From the NCBI GenBank assembly GCA_045658565.1, contig JAZOVF010000003.1:28998-92997 (forward strand): DNA of 64,000 bases, written 5' to 3'. This DNA comes from Eubacteriales bacterium (GTDB taxonomy: Bacteria > Bacillota > Clostridia > Oscillospirales > CAG-272). A model generated the notes under the pieces. It was not told where the DNA came from. It did no database searches and worked only from the letters and a program-made list of their open reading frames with translations. The translations under genes were made by a program, and so were the position numbers. Positions 47,438-59,185 of this stretch are shown here, piece after piece. How positions within the stretch are numbered: position 1 is the stretch's first letter; the number at the start of each line of letters is the position of its first letter.

Positions 47438-47594
47438 CTGGTAATAATTGGTAATTTATACCAAATTTGCGCTTCGGAGCCAGCCCCCCCACCAATATAC
47501 CTAATTTTCGACATTTTATAACAAAAACCGCCCATTCAACGAGGTGTTTTTAACAGCATTCCCCACTTTTTAATATTTTTAAGGAGTACGTAAC

Positions 47595-48485
47595 ATGGCT
47601 AAAAAGAATAGCGGCCTTGGCAGAGGCCTTGATGCAATATTTCTTGACAACTTTATTGAAGAAGACGAAAATAAAACTGCCGATAGCGGAATATCAACCC
47701 TTAAGGTTTCTTTAATCGACCCTAAAAGCGACCAGCCCCGAAAATATTTTGATAAAGAGGCTCTTGAGCAGCTTGCGTCCTCAATTTCAGAGAATGGAGT
47801 CCTTCAGCCCATACTTGTAAGAAAGTACGGTGATGGAAGATATCAGATTATCGCAGGAGAAAGACGCTTCCGAGCTACAAAGCTGGCAGGGCTTTCCGAA
47901 ATCCCGGCAATTGTGCTTGAGCATGATGACAAAAAAGCCGCTGAAATTGCTCTTATAGAGAATGTTCAGCGTGAAGATTTAAATCCGCTTGAAGAAGCTC
48001 TTGGATACAAGGCTCTCGCAGAAGAATATGATATGACTCAAGAAGAGCTTTCAAACAGGGTAGGCAAGAGCAGAAGCGCTATCGCAAACACTCTTCGTCT
48101 GCTTGACCTTCCCGACGAAATTCTCACTCTGGTTGCGTCAAAGGAGCTTAGCGCAGGACACGCGCGCACTCTTCTGGGTGTAAAGGACAGAGACAACATG
48201 ATCCTCCTTGCACAGAGAGCAGTCGAGGATGACCTTTCGGTAAGAGTCCTTGAGGAAGAGGTCAAACGCATTAACAAGCCAAAAAAGGAAGAGGTGGAGG
48301 AAGAAATTCCTGTTGTAGATTACTTCCGCGAGCTTGAAATACGCGTGCAGTCACACCTTGGCAGAAAGGTTAAAATCGACGGCAAAGGAAGAAAGAAAAC
48401 AATCACTCTTTCCTACGAGGATAACGAGGACCTTGATGAGGTTTTAAAGCTTCTTTGCGGAAATGATTTTCTCGAGCGTTTATAA
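47595..48485 (+). CDS. parB: Chromosome partitioning protein ParB/Spo0J
   Basis: 296 aa, with the ParB box / CTP-binding motif GERRFRA, an HTH segment (QEELSNRVGKSRSAIANTLRLL), and the N-terminal GLGRGLDA. Confidence 0.93.
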   Translation: MAKKNSGLGRGLDAIFLDNFIEEDENKTADSGISTLKVSLIDPKSDQPRKYFDKEALEQLASSISENGVLQPILVRKYGDGRYQIIAGERRFRATKLAGLSEIPAIVLEHDDKKAAEIALIENVQREDLNPLEEALGYKALAEEYDMTQEELSNRVGKSRSAIANTLRLLDLPDEILTLVASKELSAGHARTLLGVKDRDNMILLAQRAVEDDLSVRVLEEEVKRINKPKKEEVEEEIPVVDYFRELEIRVQSHLGRKVKIDGKGRKKTITLSYEDNEDLDEVLKLLCGNDFLERL

Positions 48486-48570
48486 TTTACGAAATTTTTA
48501 AAATTTATATATATAAAACTATACAAATTTGTATTAAAATATATATAAAAAACACACAGGATTTTTCAGT

Positions 48571-49125
48571 ATGTACGAGTTTTATAAAAAATTCTTCTCT
48601 CTCAATTTAAAGGATTATCCAAACATAAATATTGATTTTCCAATAACAATTCTTCTGTTTGCCTTAGCCTTTGCTTTTATTACTGTTATTATAATAGTTA
48701 ACTTCCGCAGAAACAGAATAGAGCTGTTGATTCGACAGTTAAAAAGACGCGAGGCCATCTCCGAGGAATCTGCATTAACTCTGTCAGAGATAAAGTTAGA
48801 TAGCTTTATCTTCAAAAAATTACTTTCGGCTGAAGGACAGCTGACAAAGCTTGTCGGAAGGGCAGGGGAGAAAAAATACACATACGAAGAATACATAGCA
48901 TTAACCAAAAACGGTGGAAAGGGAGAGTCTATCAACTTCAGTAACGCTCGCTTTTATTTACGCAAAGAAAGCGAAGAAAGGGTGACTCATATTTTGGAGA
49001 GCGGCTCGCCGACTGTTTTAAACACAATATTGCTTTGTGTTCTTGTCTTGGCTGTGTTTGTTTGCATAAGCCTGATTATGCCCGGAATACTCAATCTCAT
49101 TAACAACCTTTTAGAAACTAAATAA
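48571..49125 (+). CDS. Hypothetical membrane protein (two TM helices)
   Basis: 184 aa with hydrophobic helices near residues 25-45 and 150-172. I did not recognise a motif. The coding call rests on ORF length and position only. Confidence 0.5.
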   Translation: MYEFYKKFFSLNLKDYPNINIDFPITILLFALAFAFITVIIIVNFRRNRIELLIRQLKRREAISEESALTLSEIKLDSFIFKKLLSAEGQLTKLVGRAGEKKYTYEEYIALTKNGGKGESINFSNARFYLRKESEERVTHILESGSPTVLNTILLCVLVLAVFVCISLIMPGILNLINNLLETK

Positions 49126-49171
49126 AAAAGCGCATAAATGTATTCATTTGTTTACATTTATGCGTTTTATA

Positions 49172-49945
49172 TTATATTGATGCAGCAGAAGTTATGTAAT
49201 ATGTGTTCCCATTTATACAAATCCTCTTTGTTTCTGCTCTGGTTTCAAGAAGTATCATTTCAAGGCAAGGAAGAGAAGTAAAGCCACCGCCATCGCATTT
49301 TAAGGCTGCTTCATAAAGAGTCCACTTGGCAGAAAAGCAGTCTGTAAAGGTTGAGTTATACAAAAAAATCTCACCTGTGTCTTTTTTTGCAGTATGGCAT
49401 TCCCTTTCCTTAACAAAGGGGTAAAACTCGCACCTGCCTTTTTCGTCTAAAGCACAGTATATATATGTTACATCTGTTTCTCTTTCGCAAAAGGTAAGCT
49501 CTGAGAAAAATCTTTTTTCAAGCCTTTCAGCTCTCGCAGTATTTATCTCTCTCTCAATATCAACCCCAACACATCCGTCGCAGGATATCGCCACCGCCAC
49601 AACATCCGAGCTATGAGAAATGCTTACTTTGACACCCGATGACCTATCAAAATACGGCTTACCGTTTGGTTGTCGATTTAAAGGAAGCATACACCCAAAC
49701 ATTTCTGTCATTACGGAGGACAAAAGAAGATATGCCCCACATCTTTCACGTTGCAGGGCGGGGTCCTTGCCCGAAAGAATATGAGATATTATCTCTTCGC
49801 CCAGCTTCGGAGCCTCGCTCTTCCCGCTGGGTATTTTTTTTATTATATTTTCAAAACAACCGTCCGAGGACTTTAGCTCGTTTTGATATTTAAGTGCCGC
49901 CTCTGAATTGAGGCGGCTTATATCTGCTAAAAAAGTATATATCAT
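49172..49945 (-). CDS. 4'-phosphopantetheinyl transferase (Sfp-type)
   Basis: NGKPYF...VSISHSSDVVAVAIS...GVDIE and WTLYEAALKCDGGG match the PPTase motifs. Its ATG overlaps the rnj stop by 4 nt. Confidence 0.7.
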   Translation of the reverse strand: MIYTFLADISRLNSEAALKYQNELKSSDGCFENIIKKIPSGKSEAPKLGEEIISHILSGKDPALQRERCGAYLLLSSVMTEMFGCMLPLNRQPNGKPYFDRSSGVKVSISHSSDVVAVAISCDGCVGVDIEREINTARAERLEKRFFSELTFCERETDVTYIYCALDEKGRCEFYPFVKERECHTAKKDTGEIFLYNSTFTDCFSAKWTLYEAALKCDGGGFTSLPCLEMILLETRAETKRICINGNTYYITSAASI

Positions 49946-51636
49946 ACGTCCATTATTACGGGAAGAATCATTGGCTTGCGCTTAGTTTCTTTAAATATAA
50001 ATCTGGCAAGCTCATCTCTTACCGCACCCTTTATATTTGCGTAATCACGTCTTCCCACTCGAAGAGCGCGCTCAAGCGCCGCCTCGGCAACACGCTTTGA
50101 ATCTCTCATAAGATCCTCAGATTCCTTAACATAAACAAATACGCGTGATACAATATCGGGGCCGGAAACAATCATCCCTCCAACGGCATCAACAGTTGCA
50201 ACTACAACCACAAGTCCGTCCTCGGAGAGATGCTTTCTATCTCTCAGAACAACGCTTCCGATGTCACCGACACCCGCTCCGTCCACAAGAACTGCTCCCG
50301 CAGGAACGCTGCCGTTAAATCTTGCACCCTTGCGGTCAATTTCAAGAACCTTGCCAAGCTCGGAAACAAATATATTCTCCGAGGGAATACCCATAAACTC
50401 GGCAATTTCCTTGTTTGCATAAAGATGTCTGTATTCTCCGTGAATAGGCATAAAGTATTTTGGCTTTGTTAATGCCATCATAAGCTTTATTTCATCTCTG
50501 CAGGCGTGGCCGGAAACGTGAACATCCTCGGTAGAGTCATTCACTACCTTAACTCCGTTTTTAACAAGAGCATTTATTATCTTTCCAACCAACTTTTCGT
50601 TGCCGGGAATAGCACTGGAGCTGAGTACTACCACGTCATTTGAATTTATTTTAACCTTATCGTGGCCGTCAAAGGCTATCCTGTAAAGAGCAGACATAGG
50701 CTCACCCTGGCTACCCGTGGTTATAAGAGTTATTTCTTCCGGTCGGTATTTCTTTATTTCCGAAATATCAATAAGTACACCGTCGGGAAAATCCATATAA
50801 CCCAGCTCTGCTGCAGCTCCTATAATATTTATCATGCTTCGGCCGAGAACCGCAACCTTTCGGCCATGGTTTGCACTTGCGTTTATTATCTGCTGAACTC
50901 TGTGAACATTAGATGAAAATGTTGCAATAATAAGCCTTCTTGATTCATACTGAGCAAAAATACGCTCAAGGGATGAGCCTACCGTTCTCTCCGAGGGGGT
51001 AAAGCCCGCTCTTTCGGCATTTGTTGACTCGCAAAGAAGAATTTCAACTCCCCCTCTGCCTATTTCTCCTATTCTGGTTATATCCATCATTTTTCCGTCT
51101 ATGGGAGAAACGTCTAGCTTAAAGTCTCCTGTGTGAAAAACTGTTCCGAGAGGAGTTTTAAGAGCTATGGCACAGGCATCGGCAATTGAGTGATTTACAT
51201 GAATAAATTCGGCTCTGAATACTCCGAGATTTATAATATCTCCTGCCTCAACGGTATAAAGCTCAGGATCATGGGGCGGGGGATTTTCATCAAGTTTTCC
51301 TTCAATTATACCAAGGGCAAGACGAGTTCCGTATATCGGAACATTTATTTGCGAAAGAACATAGGGCACACCTCCGATATGGTCCTCATGCCCATGGGTT
51401 ATAAGTATACCTCTTATTTTGTGAGCATTTTTGATAAGATAGGATATGTCCGGAATAACCAGGTCCACACCCAGCATCTCATCATCGGGAAAGCCCATTC
51501 CCGCATCGATTACGACAATGTCATCACCATACTCAATAACCGTCATATTTTTGCCGATCTCCTGAAGACCGCCAAGCGACATAATTTTGAGCTTTGTGTC
51601 CTTTGCCGATTGTTTTTTTATCTTTGTATTATTCAT
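49942..51636 (-). CDS. rnj: Ribonuclease J
   Basis: 564 aa, with the metallo-beta-lactamase motif THGHEDHIGG, a beta-CASP domain and an RNase J C-terminal domain. Confidence 0.93.
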   Translation of the reverse strand: MNNTKIKKQSAKDTKLKIMSLGGLQEIGKNMTVIEYGDDIVVIDAGMGFPDDEMLGVDLVIPDISYLIKNAHKIRGILITHGHEDHIGGVPYVLSQINVPIYGTRLALGIIEGKLDENPPPHDPELYTVEAGDIINLGVFRAEFIHVNHSIADACAIALKTPLGTVFHTGDFKLDVSPIDGKMMDITRIGEIGRGGVEILLCESTNAERAGFTPSERTVGSSLERIFAQYESRRLIIATFSSNVHRVQQIINASANHGRKVAVLGRSMINIIGAAAELGYMDFPDGVLIDISEIKKYRPEEITLITTGSQGEPMSALYRIAFDGHDKVKINSNDVVVLSSSAIPGNEKLVGKIINALVKNGVKVVNDSTEDVHVSGHACRDEIKLMMALTKPKYFMPIHGEYRHLYANKEIAEFMGIPSENIFVSELGKVLEIDRKGARFNGSVPAGAVLVDGAGVGDIGSVVLRDRKHLSEDGLVVVVATVDAVGGMIVSGPDIVSRVFVYVKESEDLMRDSKRVAEAALERALRVGRRDYANIKGAVRDELARFIFKETKRKPMILPVIMDV

Positions 51637-51701
51637 ATATATTAAATTATATTGTTTCCTAACTTAATTAAATTGTATTGCTTAAAATCAAAAAATGTTT
51701 G

Positions 51702-51968
51702 TTAACGAAAAACTAAAAATAAAACGGTCGAACAAATTATGGCCGAGACCGCTGCGCCAAGTAAAAACAAATAAAAACCCTTTAATTTACTTAACCCTTT
51801 ATCAGAGTTGTCTTTTTTTATATTATCTTCTATTATTCTGTTTGCCTCGAGAACCATATCTCCCTCGGCTGCCCCCTCGGAAGCGGGACTAACTACAAAA
51901 TAAGCCTCATCAAAAAGTCGGCTTCCCGTATGCTTTAAAAAAATTACTCTTTTTTGATATCCTCTCAT
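51702..51968 (-). CDS. Hypothetical small C-terminally membrane-anchored protein
   Basis: 88 aa from ATG 51968 (GGAG upstream), MRGYQKRVIFLKHTGSRLFDEAYFVV... with a C-terminal TM helix. I cannot assign a family. Confidence 0.5.
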   Translation of the reverse strand: MRGYQKRVIFLKHTGSRLFDEAYFVVSPASEGAAEGDMVLEANRIIEDNIKKDNSDKGLSKLKGFYLFLLGAAVSAIICSTVLFLVFR

Positions 51969-52082
51969 CCGAATGCTCCGTTCTTTTTTAAAATTATGGA
52001 CATTTCTTTTGAAATTATTCACATAGTTATAAAAATGAACGGAGCTAGGATGAGTTAATATGTAAACTATTGTTTTCTTATT

Positions 52083-52562
52083 TTACTTTTTTGCGAAGAA
52101 TCTTCCGAAGAATCCGGTCTTTTTCTCTTCCTGAACTGCAGGCTCTGTCTTTACCTCATCAGTCTTCTCTTCATTCACAACAATCTTGAAGTCTTCGGTT
52201 TCATCCACCTTTACTTCAGGCTCTGCCTTAGGTGCGGGAGCCGCCTTGGGTGCAGGCTCTGCCTTAGGTGCTGCAGGTGTTGTTTTTTCAATATTCTTCT
52301 CTATTTTTTCCTTTGCTTCCTTGGAAATTCTCTTTCTCTTCTTCTTCTCGGGAAGGGGAACGTCGTAATTATCATCGAGAAGATCATCAATAGAGATAGT
52401 AAACAGAGTCTTTATCTCAAGAAGCTTCTGCACCTCGGGATATGACTGTCCACTCTCCCACTTATAAACTGCCTGTCTGGATACTCCTACTGCACTTGCG
52501 AATTCGTCCTGTGTCAGGCCTCTTGTCTTTCTGAGTATTACGAGTTTTTCCTGAAATGTCAT
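52083..52562 (-). CDS. XRE-family helix-turn-helix protein with a Pro/Ala/Lys-repeat tail
   Basis: The N-terminal HTH is LRKTRGLTQDEFASAVGVSRQAVYKWESG. The C-terminal half is low-complexity (APKAEPAPKAAPAPKAEPEVK). Confidence 0.8.
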   Translation of the reverse strand: MTFQEKLVILRKTRGLTQDEFASAVGVSRQAVYKWESGQSYPEVQKLLEIKTLFTISIDDLLDDNYDVPLPEKKKRKRISKEAKEKIEKNIEKTTPAAPKAEPAPKAAPAPKAEPEVKVDETEDFKIVVNEEKTDEVKTEPAVQEEKKTGFFGRFFAKK

Positions 52563-52604
52563 GGTAAATCCTCCTTACCGCCTTTTTGACGGGTTTTTAT
52601 ATTA

Positions 52605-53297
52605 TTATTTATTCATATTTTCATATTGGTCTCTGTATTCATCATACACAATATATGTTTCAGAATTAAGACGCCAGGCTCCGTTTTCTTCTATCATCTT
52701 TATTTCATGCTCAAAATCACGTACCTTTACTATCTGGCCGTTTTCTCCGTAGATAGATGCTCTGACCGTTGCCTTTACTATAACTATGTCTCCATCAGCA
52801 CCTATTGCCTTGGGCTCGGTTATATATTCATAACCGTTTTTTAATTCGTAGTCATAGTTTGTATATACAAAAATGCAAGACTTTCCGTTTTCGTCTTCAT
52901 CATCAAAATATCTGGTGTAAAATCTTATTGTATCTCCGTCCTTAACCGAACTGAACACATCGGATTTATTCAATGACTCTATATATTTTGATGAGAAAAC
53001 CTCGGATATTTTTTTCTTTAGCTCATCAACTGTATTTATACCGTAGTGACTAAGAGAAGCTGAAGAGGCCTTTTTGTAATTTTCATTACTCTCTCCCTCT
53101 TCCCACTCAAGTCCCTTTCCATAAAGAATTTCATTTAAAGAAAGGGATTTTTCAATAAGAATTTTAGCCGCTTGTTCTACCTCGGCTGCATTATATTCCC
53201 TGTCGGGAACATCTTTATCTTCATTATCGGAGCAGGAAAAAAGTGAGAATAAAATAGATATTACAGCAAGAAGAAGTAATAATCTTTTTTTATTCAT
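52605..53297 (-). CDS. Hypothetical lipoprotein
   Basis: 230 aa with a signal peptide and lipobox (LFSLFSCSD). Its start overlaps the gyrA stop by 8 nt. I did not recognise a family. Confidence 0.6.
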   Translation of the reverse strand: MNKKRLLLLLAVISILFSLFSCSDNEDKDVPDREYNAAEVEQAAKILIEKSLSLNEILYGKGLEWEEGESNENYKKASSASLSHYGINTVDELKKKISEVFSSKYIESLNKSDVFSSVKDGDTIRFYTRYFDDEDENGKSCIFVYTNYDYELKNGYEYITEPKAIGADGDIVIVKATVRASIYGENGQIVKVRDFEHEIKMIEENGAWRLNSETYIVYDEYRDQYENMNK

Positions 53298-55851
53298 CTT
53301 CTTCCTCCGAGGCTACTGTGTTTTCTTCTTCAATAATCTCGGGTTTTTGTGTGATAGGAGTATTTTCAATCTCCTTTTCAACCGCTACGCTCTCTGCCTC
53401 TATCTCCTCTTCCTTTTCAAGTCTTTCAACATTGTTTATTATGGAGCCGTCAGAAAGTCTCATTATAATAACACCGCTTGCGGTTCTTGAATAAACATTG
53501 ATACCTGAAACAGAGGTTCTTATTATTGTTCCCTCATTGGTGATAAGCATAATATCATCATCCTCAGAAACAGTAATAATTGCTGCAAGCTTTCCTGTCT
53601 TTTCGCTGATGTTGTGGCAGGTTACACCTCGACCGCCCCTGTGCTTCATTTCTCTGAAGTCAGAGAAGGATGTTCTCTTACCCATACCGTTTTCGGTAAC
53701 TGTAAGCATATACTTCTCATCATCAACAAGACAAACACCAACAACAGTATCATCACCCGTAAGAGTAATACCTCTAACACCTCTTGCGCCTCTTCCCATA
53801 GAACGAACATTGTTTTCATCAAATCTTACTGCAAGTCCGTTTCTGGTTGCAAGAATAAGAGACTCGTTTCCTGTTGTGTGTCTTACAAAGATAAGCTCGT
53901 CATCCTCATCAAGGCTTATTGCAATCTTTCCGGCTTTTCTCTGATACTCAAATTCCTTAAGAAGAGTTCTCTTAATTACACCGAACTTTGTTACCATTGT
54001 AAGATATTCTCCCTCGGTAAACTCGGTGATAGGAATAATTGCAGTTACATACTCACCCTCGGTAAGCTCAATGATGTTAACAAGGTTTGTACCCTTTGCG
54101 GTTCTTCCAGCCTCGGGAATTCTGTATGCCTTCTTAGCATAAACTCTGCCCTTGTTGGTAAAGAAGCAAAGGAACGAGTGGCTGTTTGCTACTATAACAT
54201 CCTCAACAAAGTCATCTTCCTTTGTTGTCATTCCTATAACACCCTTGCCGCCTCTGTTTTGAGCCGAGTAAACATCTGCTCTCTGTCGTTTGATGTATCC
54301 TGTATGGCTTACGGTAATAACACAGGTGTGTCGTTCAATAAGGTCCTCAAGGTCGATTTCCTCGGTTGCCTCAACAAGCTCGGAGCGTCTTTCATCACCG
54401 TATTTTCTCTTTATCTCAAGAAGCTCATCCTTAAGAAGTCCGAAAAGCTTATTTTCATCTGAAAGAATTGCATTAAGGTCGGCAATAAGAACAGTAAGCT
54501 TTGCTATTCTGTCTTCAACCTTTTGTCTTTCAAGTCCTGAGAGCTTTCCGAGAGTCATATCAACTATTGCCTGCGCCTGAGCATCGGAAAGTAAGAATCT
54601 TGCGCTTAAGGATTCCTTTGCTTCGGGAATTGAAGCGGAGGTCTTTATAATCTTTATTATTTCATCAATATTCTCGGTTGCAATTCTGTATCCCTCGAGA
54701 ATGTGCATTTCCTTTTGAGCTTTCTCAAGGTCGAATCTTGTTCTTCTCTCTATAACTTCCTTCTGGAAACCTATGTATTTGTCAAGTATAGTTGGCAAAT
54801 TAAGAGTTTTTGGCTCTCCGCCGTCTATAACAAGCATGTTTACAGAGCAGGTATCCTGAAGCTGAGTGAACTTATAAAGCTGGTTAAGAATAACCTCGGC
54901 ATTTGCATCACGCCTGTATTCAACCACAATTCTCATACCGCCTCTTCCCGATTCATCGCGAAGAGCTGTAAGACCTTCTATCTTTTTATCCCTATGGAGT
55001 GTTGCAATACTCTCAACAAGCATAGCCTTGTTTACCATATAAGGAATTTCTGTAAAGATTATCTGTCTCTTTTCTTCATCTATTGTGGCTCTTGCCCTTA
55101 TATAAACCTTACCTCTTCCTGTTTCGTAGGCCTCTCTTATACCCCTTGAGCCGTAAATTACAGCAGCAGTAGGGAAGTCGGGACCCTTAATAAACATCAT
55201 AAGGTCATCAACGGTGCATTCGGGATTATCTATTCTATATACTATTCCATCTATTACCTCTGTGAGATTATGGGGAGGAATATTTGTTGCCATACCAACG
55301 GCAATACCGACAGAACCATTAACAAGAAGGTTTGGAAGTCTTGAGGGAAGAACTGTAGGCTCATCTCTCGTATTATCAAAGTTTCTTGTCATAGGAACGA
55401 CATTCTTTTCAATATCGCTCATCATATAGTCGGCAATTCTTGCCATTCTCGCCTCGGTGTAACGGTATGCAGCCGCGCCGTCACCGTCAACGTTACCGAA
55501 GTTTCCGTGACCCTCTATTAAAGGATATCTAAGAGAGAAGTCCTGCGCCATTCTTACCATTGTTCCGTATACGGCACTGTCTCCGTGAGGGTGGTATCTA
55601 CCGAGAACATTACCTACCGTTGTTGCCGATTTTCTAAATGGCTTTTCGTGAGTAAGGTTGTCCTCATACATGGCATAAAGAATTCTTCTCTGACCCGGCT
55701 TCATTCCGTCTCTTACATCAGGAAGAGCTCTTGAGGTAATAACACTCATTGAATACTCAATAAATGACTGCTTTACCTCTTTTTCCATATTTCTCTCTTC
55801 AATTTTTTGAAGAGGGAAGGATATATCGCTTGATTGATAATTATGTTCCAT
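53290..55851 (-). CDS. gyrA: DNA gyrase subunit A
   Basis: 853 aa, with SVITSRALPDVRDGMKPGQRRILY, the active-site region AAAYRYTEARM, and a beta-pinwheel CTD. Confidence 0.98.
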   Translation of the reverse strand: MEHNYQSSDISFPLQKIEERNMEKEVKQSFIEYSMSVITSRALPDVRDGMKPGQRRILYAMYEDNLTHEKPFRKSATTVGNVLGRYHPHGDSAVYGTMVRMAQDFSLRYPLIEGHGNFGNVDGDGAAAYRYTEARMARIADYMMSDIEKNVVPMTRNFDNTRDEPTVLPSRLPNLLVNGSVGIAVGMATNIPPHNLTEVIDGIVYRIDNPECTVDDLMMFIKGPDFPTAAVIYGSRGIREAYETGRGKVYIRARATIDEEKRQIIFTEIPYMVNKAMLVESIATLHRDKKIEGLTALRDESGRGGMRIVVEYRRDANAEVILNQLYKFTQLQDTCSVNMLVIDGGEPKTLNLPTILDKYIGFQKEVIERRTRFDLEKAQKEMHILEGYRIATENIDEIIKIIKTSASIPEAKESLSARFLLSDAQAQAIVDMTLGKLSGLERQKVEDRIAKLTVLIADLNAILSDENKLFGLLKDELLEIKRKYGDERRSELVEATEEIDLEDLIERHTCVITVSHTGYIKRQRADVYSAQNRGGKGVIGMTTKEDDFVEDVIVANSHSFLCFFTNKGRVYAKKAYRIPEAGRTAKGTNLVNIIELTEGEYVTAIIPITEFTEGEYLTMVTKFGVIKRTLLKEFEYQRKAGKIAISLDEDDELIFVRHTTGNESLILATRNGLAVRFDENNVRSMGRGARGVRGITLTGDDTVVGVCLVDDEKYMLTVTENGMGKRTSFSDFREMKHRGGRGVTCHNISEKTGKLAAIITVSEDDDIMLITNEGTIIRTSVSGINVYSRTASGVIIMRLSDGSIINNVERLEKEEEIEAESVAVEKEIENTPITQKPEIIEEENTVASEEEDE

Positions 55852-55862
55852 AAATTTCTCCG

Positions 55863-58081
<2,219 letters not shown>

Positions 58082-58084
58082 AAT

Positions 58085-59185
58085 TTACTCCCTTATTTCA
58101 AATTTTCCTTGCTTTACATCTATTTCTCTGTCAGTAAAGCCTTTACTTTCATCTCTTGAGCAGGAGGTTATTATAAGCTGCTTATCCTTAACACCCGAAA
58201 GAATATATTTTCTTCTTTCATCATCAAGCTCTGATAAAACATCATCAAAAAGATATACAGGATATTCTCCCGAAATTTCTCTTATAACCTCACCCTCAGC
58301 AAGCTTCATTGAAAGTACAATAGACCTTTGCTGCCCCTGAGATGCAAAAATTCTTGCTTCTTTTTCATTTATAAGAATTTTTATATCATCTCTGTGTGGA
58401 CCGTAAAGAGTTACTCCGGCAGCAATTTCTCTATCAAGATTTAATTTTAATTTTTCTTTATATATTTCTTTTGCTTTATCTCTTTCACAATATTCATCTA
58501 TATCAGAATCAAGATATATCTTTATATTTTCTTTACCGCCTGATATTTCATTCATAAATTTATTTGCATAAAATCCAAGCTTTTTTATAAATTCTATCCT
58601 TGATATATATATAAATGAAGCATATTCAGCTAAAGACTCTGACCAGCTCTCTATTTCCTTAATATCTACATAAAAACCTTTATTTATCATTTTTAAGAGA
58701 CAATTTCTATTTTCAAGAGCTTTTTTAAAATCAGAGTAATTTTTTAAATAAGATGAGTAGCATTGTGAAGAAGCAATATTTACAAATTCTCTTCTTTTAT
58801 CAGGACCATCTTTTAAGAGTCCTAAATCATCCGGATAAAAAAGAACAGATTTAAAGCTACCAATCATTTCACTTACTTTTTTTATATTGTATCCGTTCTT
58901 TTTTCTTTTTCTTTCTTTACCGTAAAGAGAATATTCTAAATTTTCTTTACCTATATTACTTTCAAATTCTATAAAAATATTAAATCCCTCTTCACCAAAC
59001 CTTATAAGCTCAGAGTCATCTCTTCCTCTAAAGGATTTTCCTCTTGAAAAAATATAGATAGCCTCTACAATATTTGTTTTTCCCTGAGCATTATTTCCGT
59101 AAAGAAGATTTACTCCGTCAGAGAAATCTATATCACATTCCTCTATATTACGAAAATTTTTTATTTTTAATTTTCTTACTCTCAT
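58085..59185 (-). CDS. recF: DNA replication and repair protein RecF
   Basis: 366 aa, with Walker A GNNAQGKTN, the signature motif SQGQQRS and Walker B VYLFDDVLSELD. Confidence 0.95.
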   Translation of the reverse strand: MRVRKLKIKNFRNIEECDIDFSDGVNLLYGNNAQGKTNIVEAIYIFSRGKSFRGRDDSELIRFGEEGFNIFIEFESNIGKENLEYSLYGKERKRKKNGYNIKKVSEMIGSFKSVLFYPDDLGLLKDGPDKRREFVNIASSQCYSSYLKNYSDFKKALENRNCLLKMINKGFYVDIKEIESWSESLAEYASFIYISRIEFIKKLGFYANKFMNEISGGKENIKIYLDSDIDEYCERDKAKEIYKEKLKLNLDREIAAGVTLYGPHRDDIKILINEKEARIFASQGQQRSIVLSMKLAEGEVIREISGEYPVYLFDDVLSELDDERRKYILSGVKDKQLIITSCSRDESKGFTDREIDVKQGKFEIRE

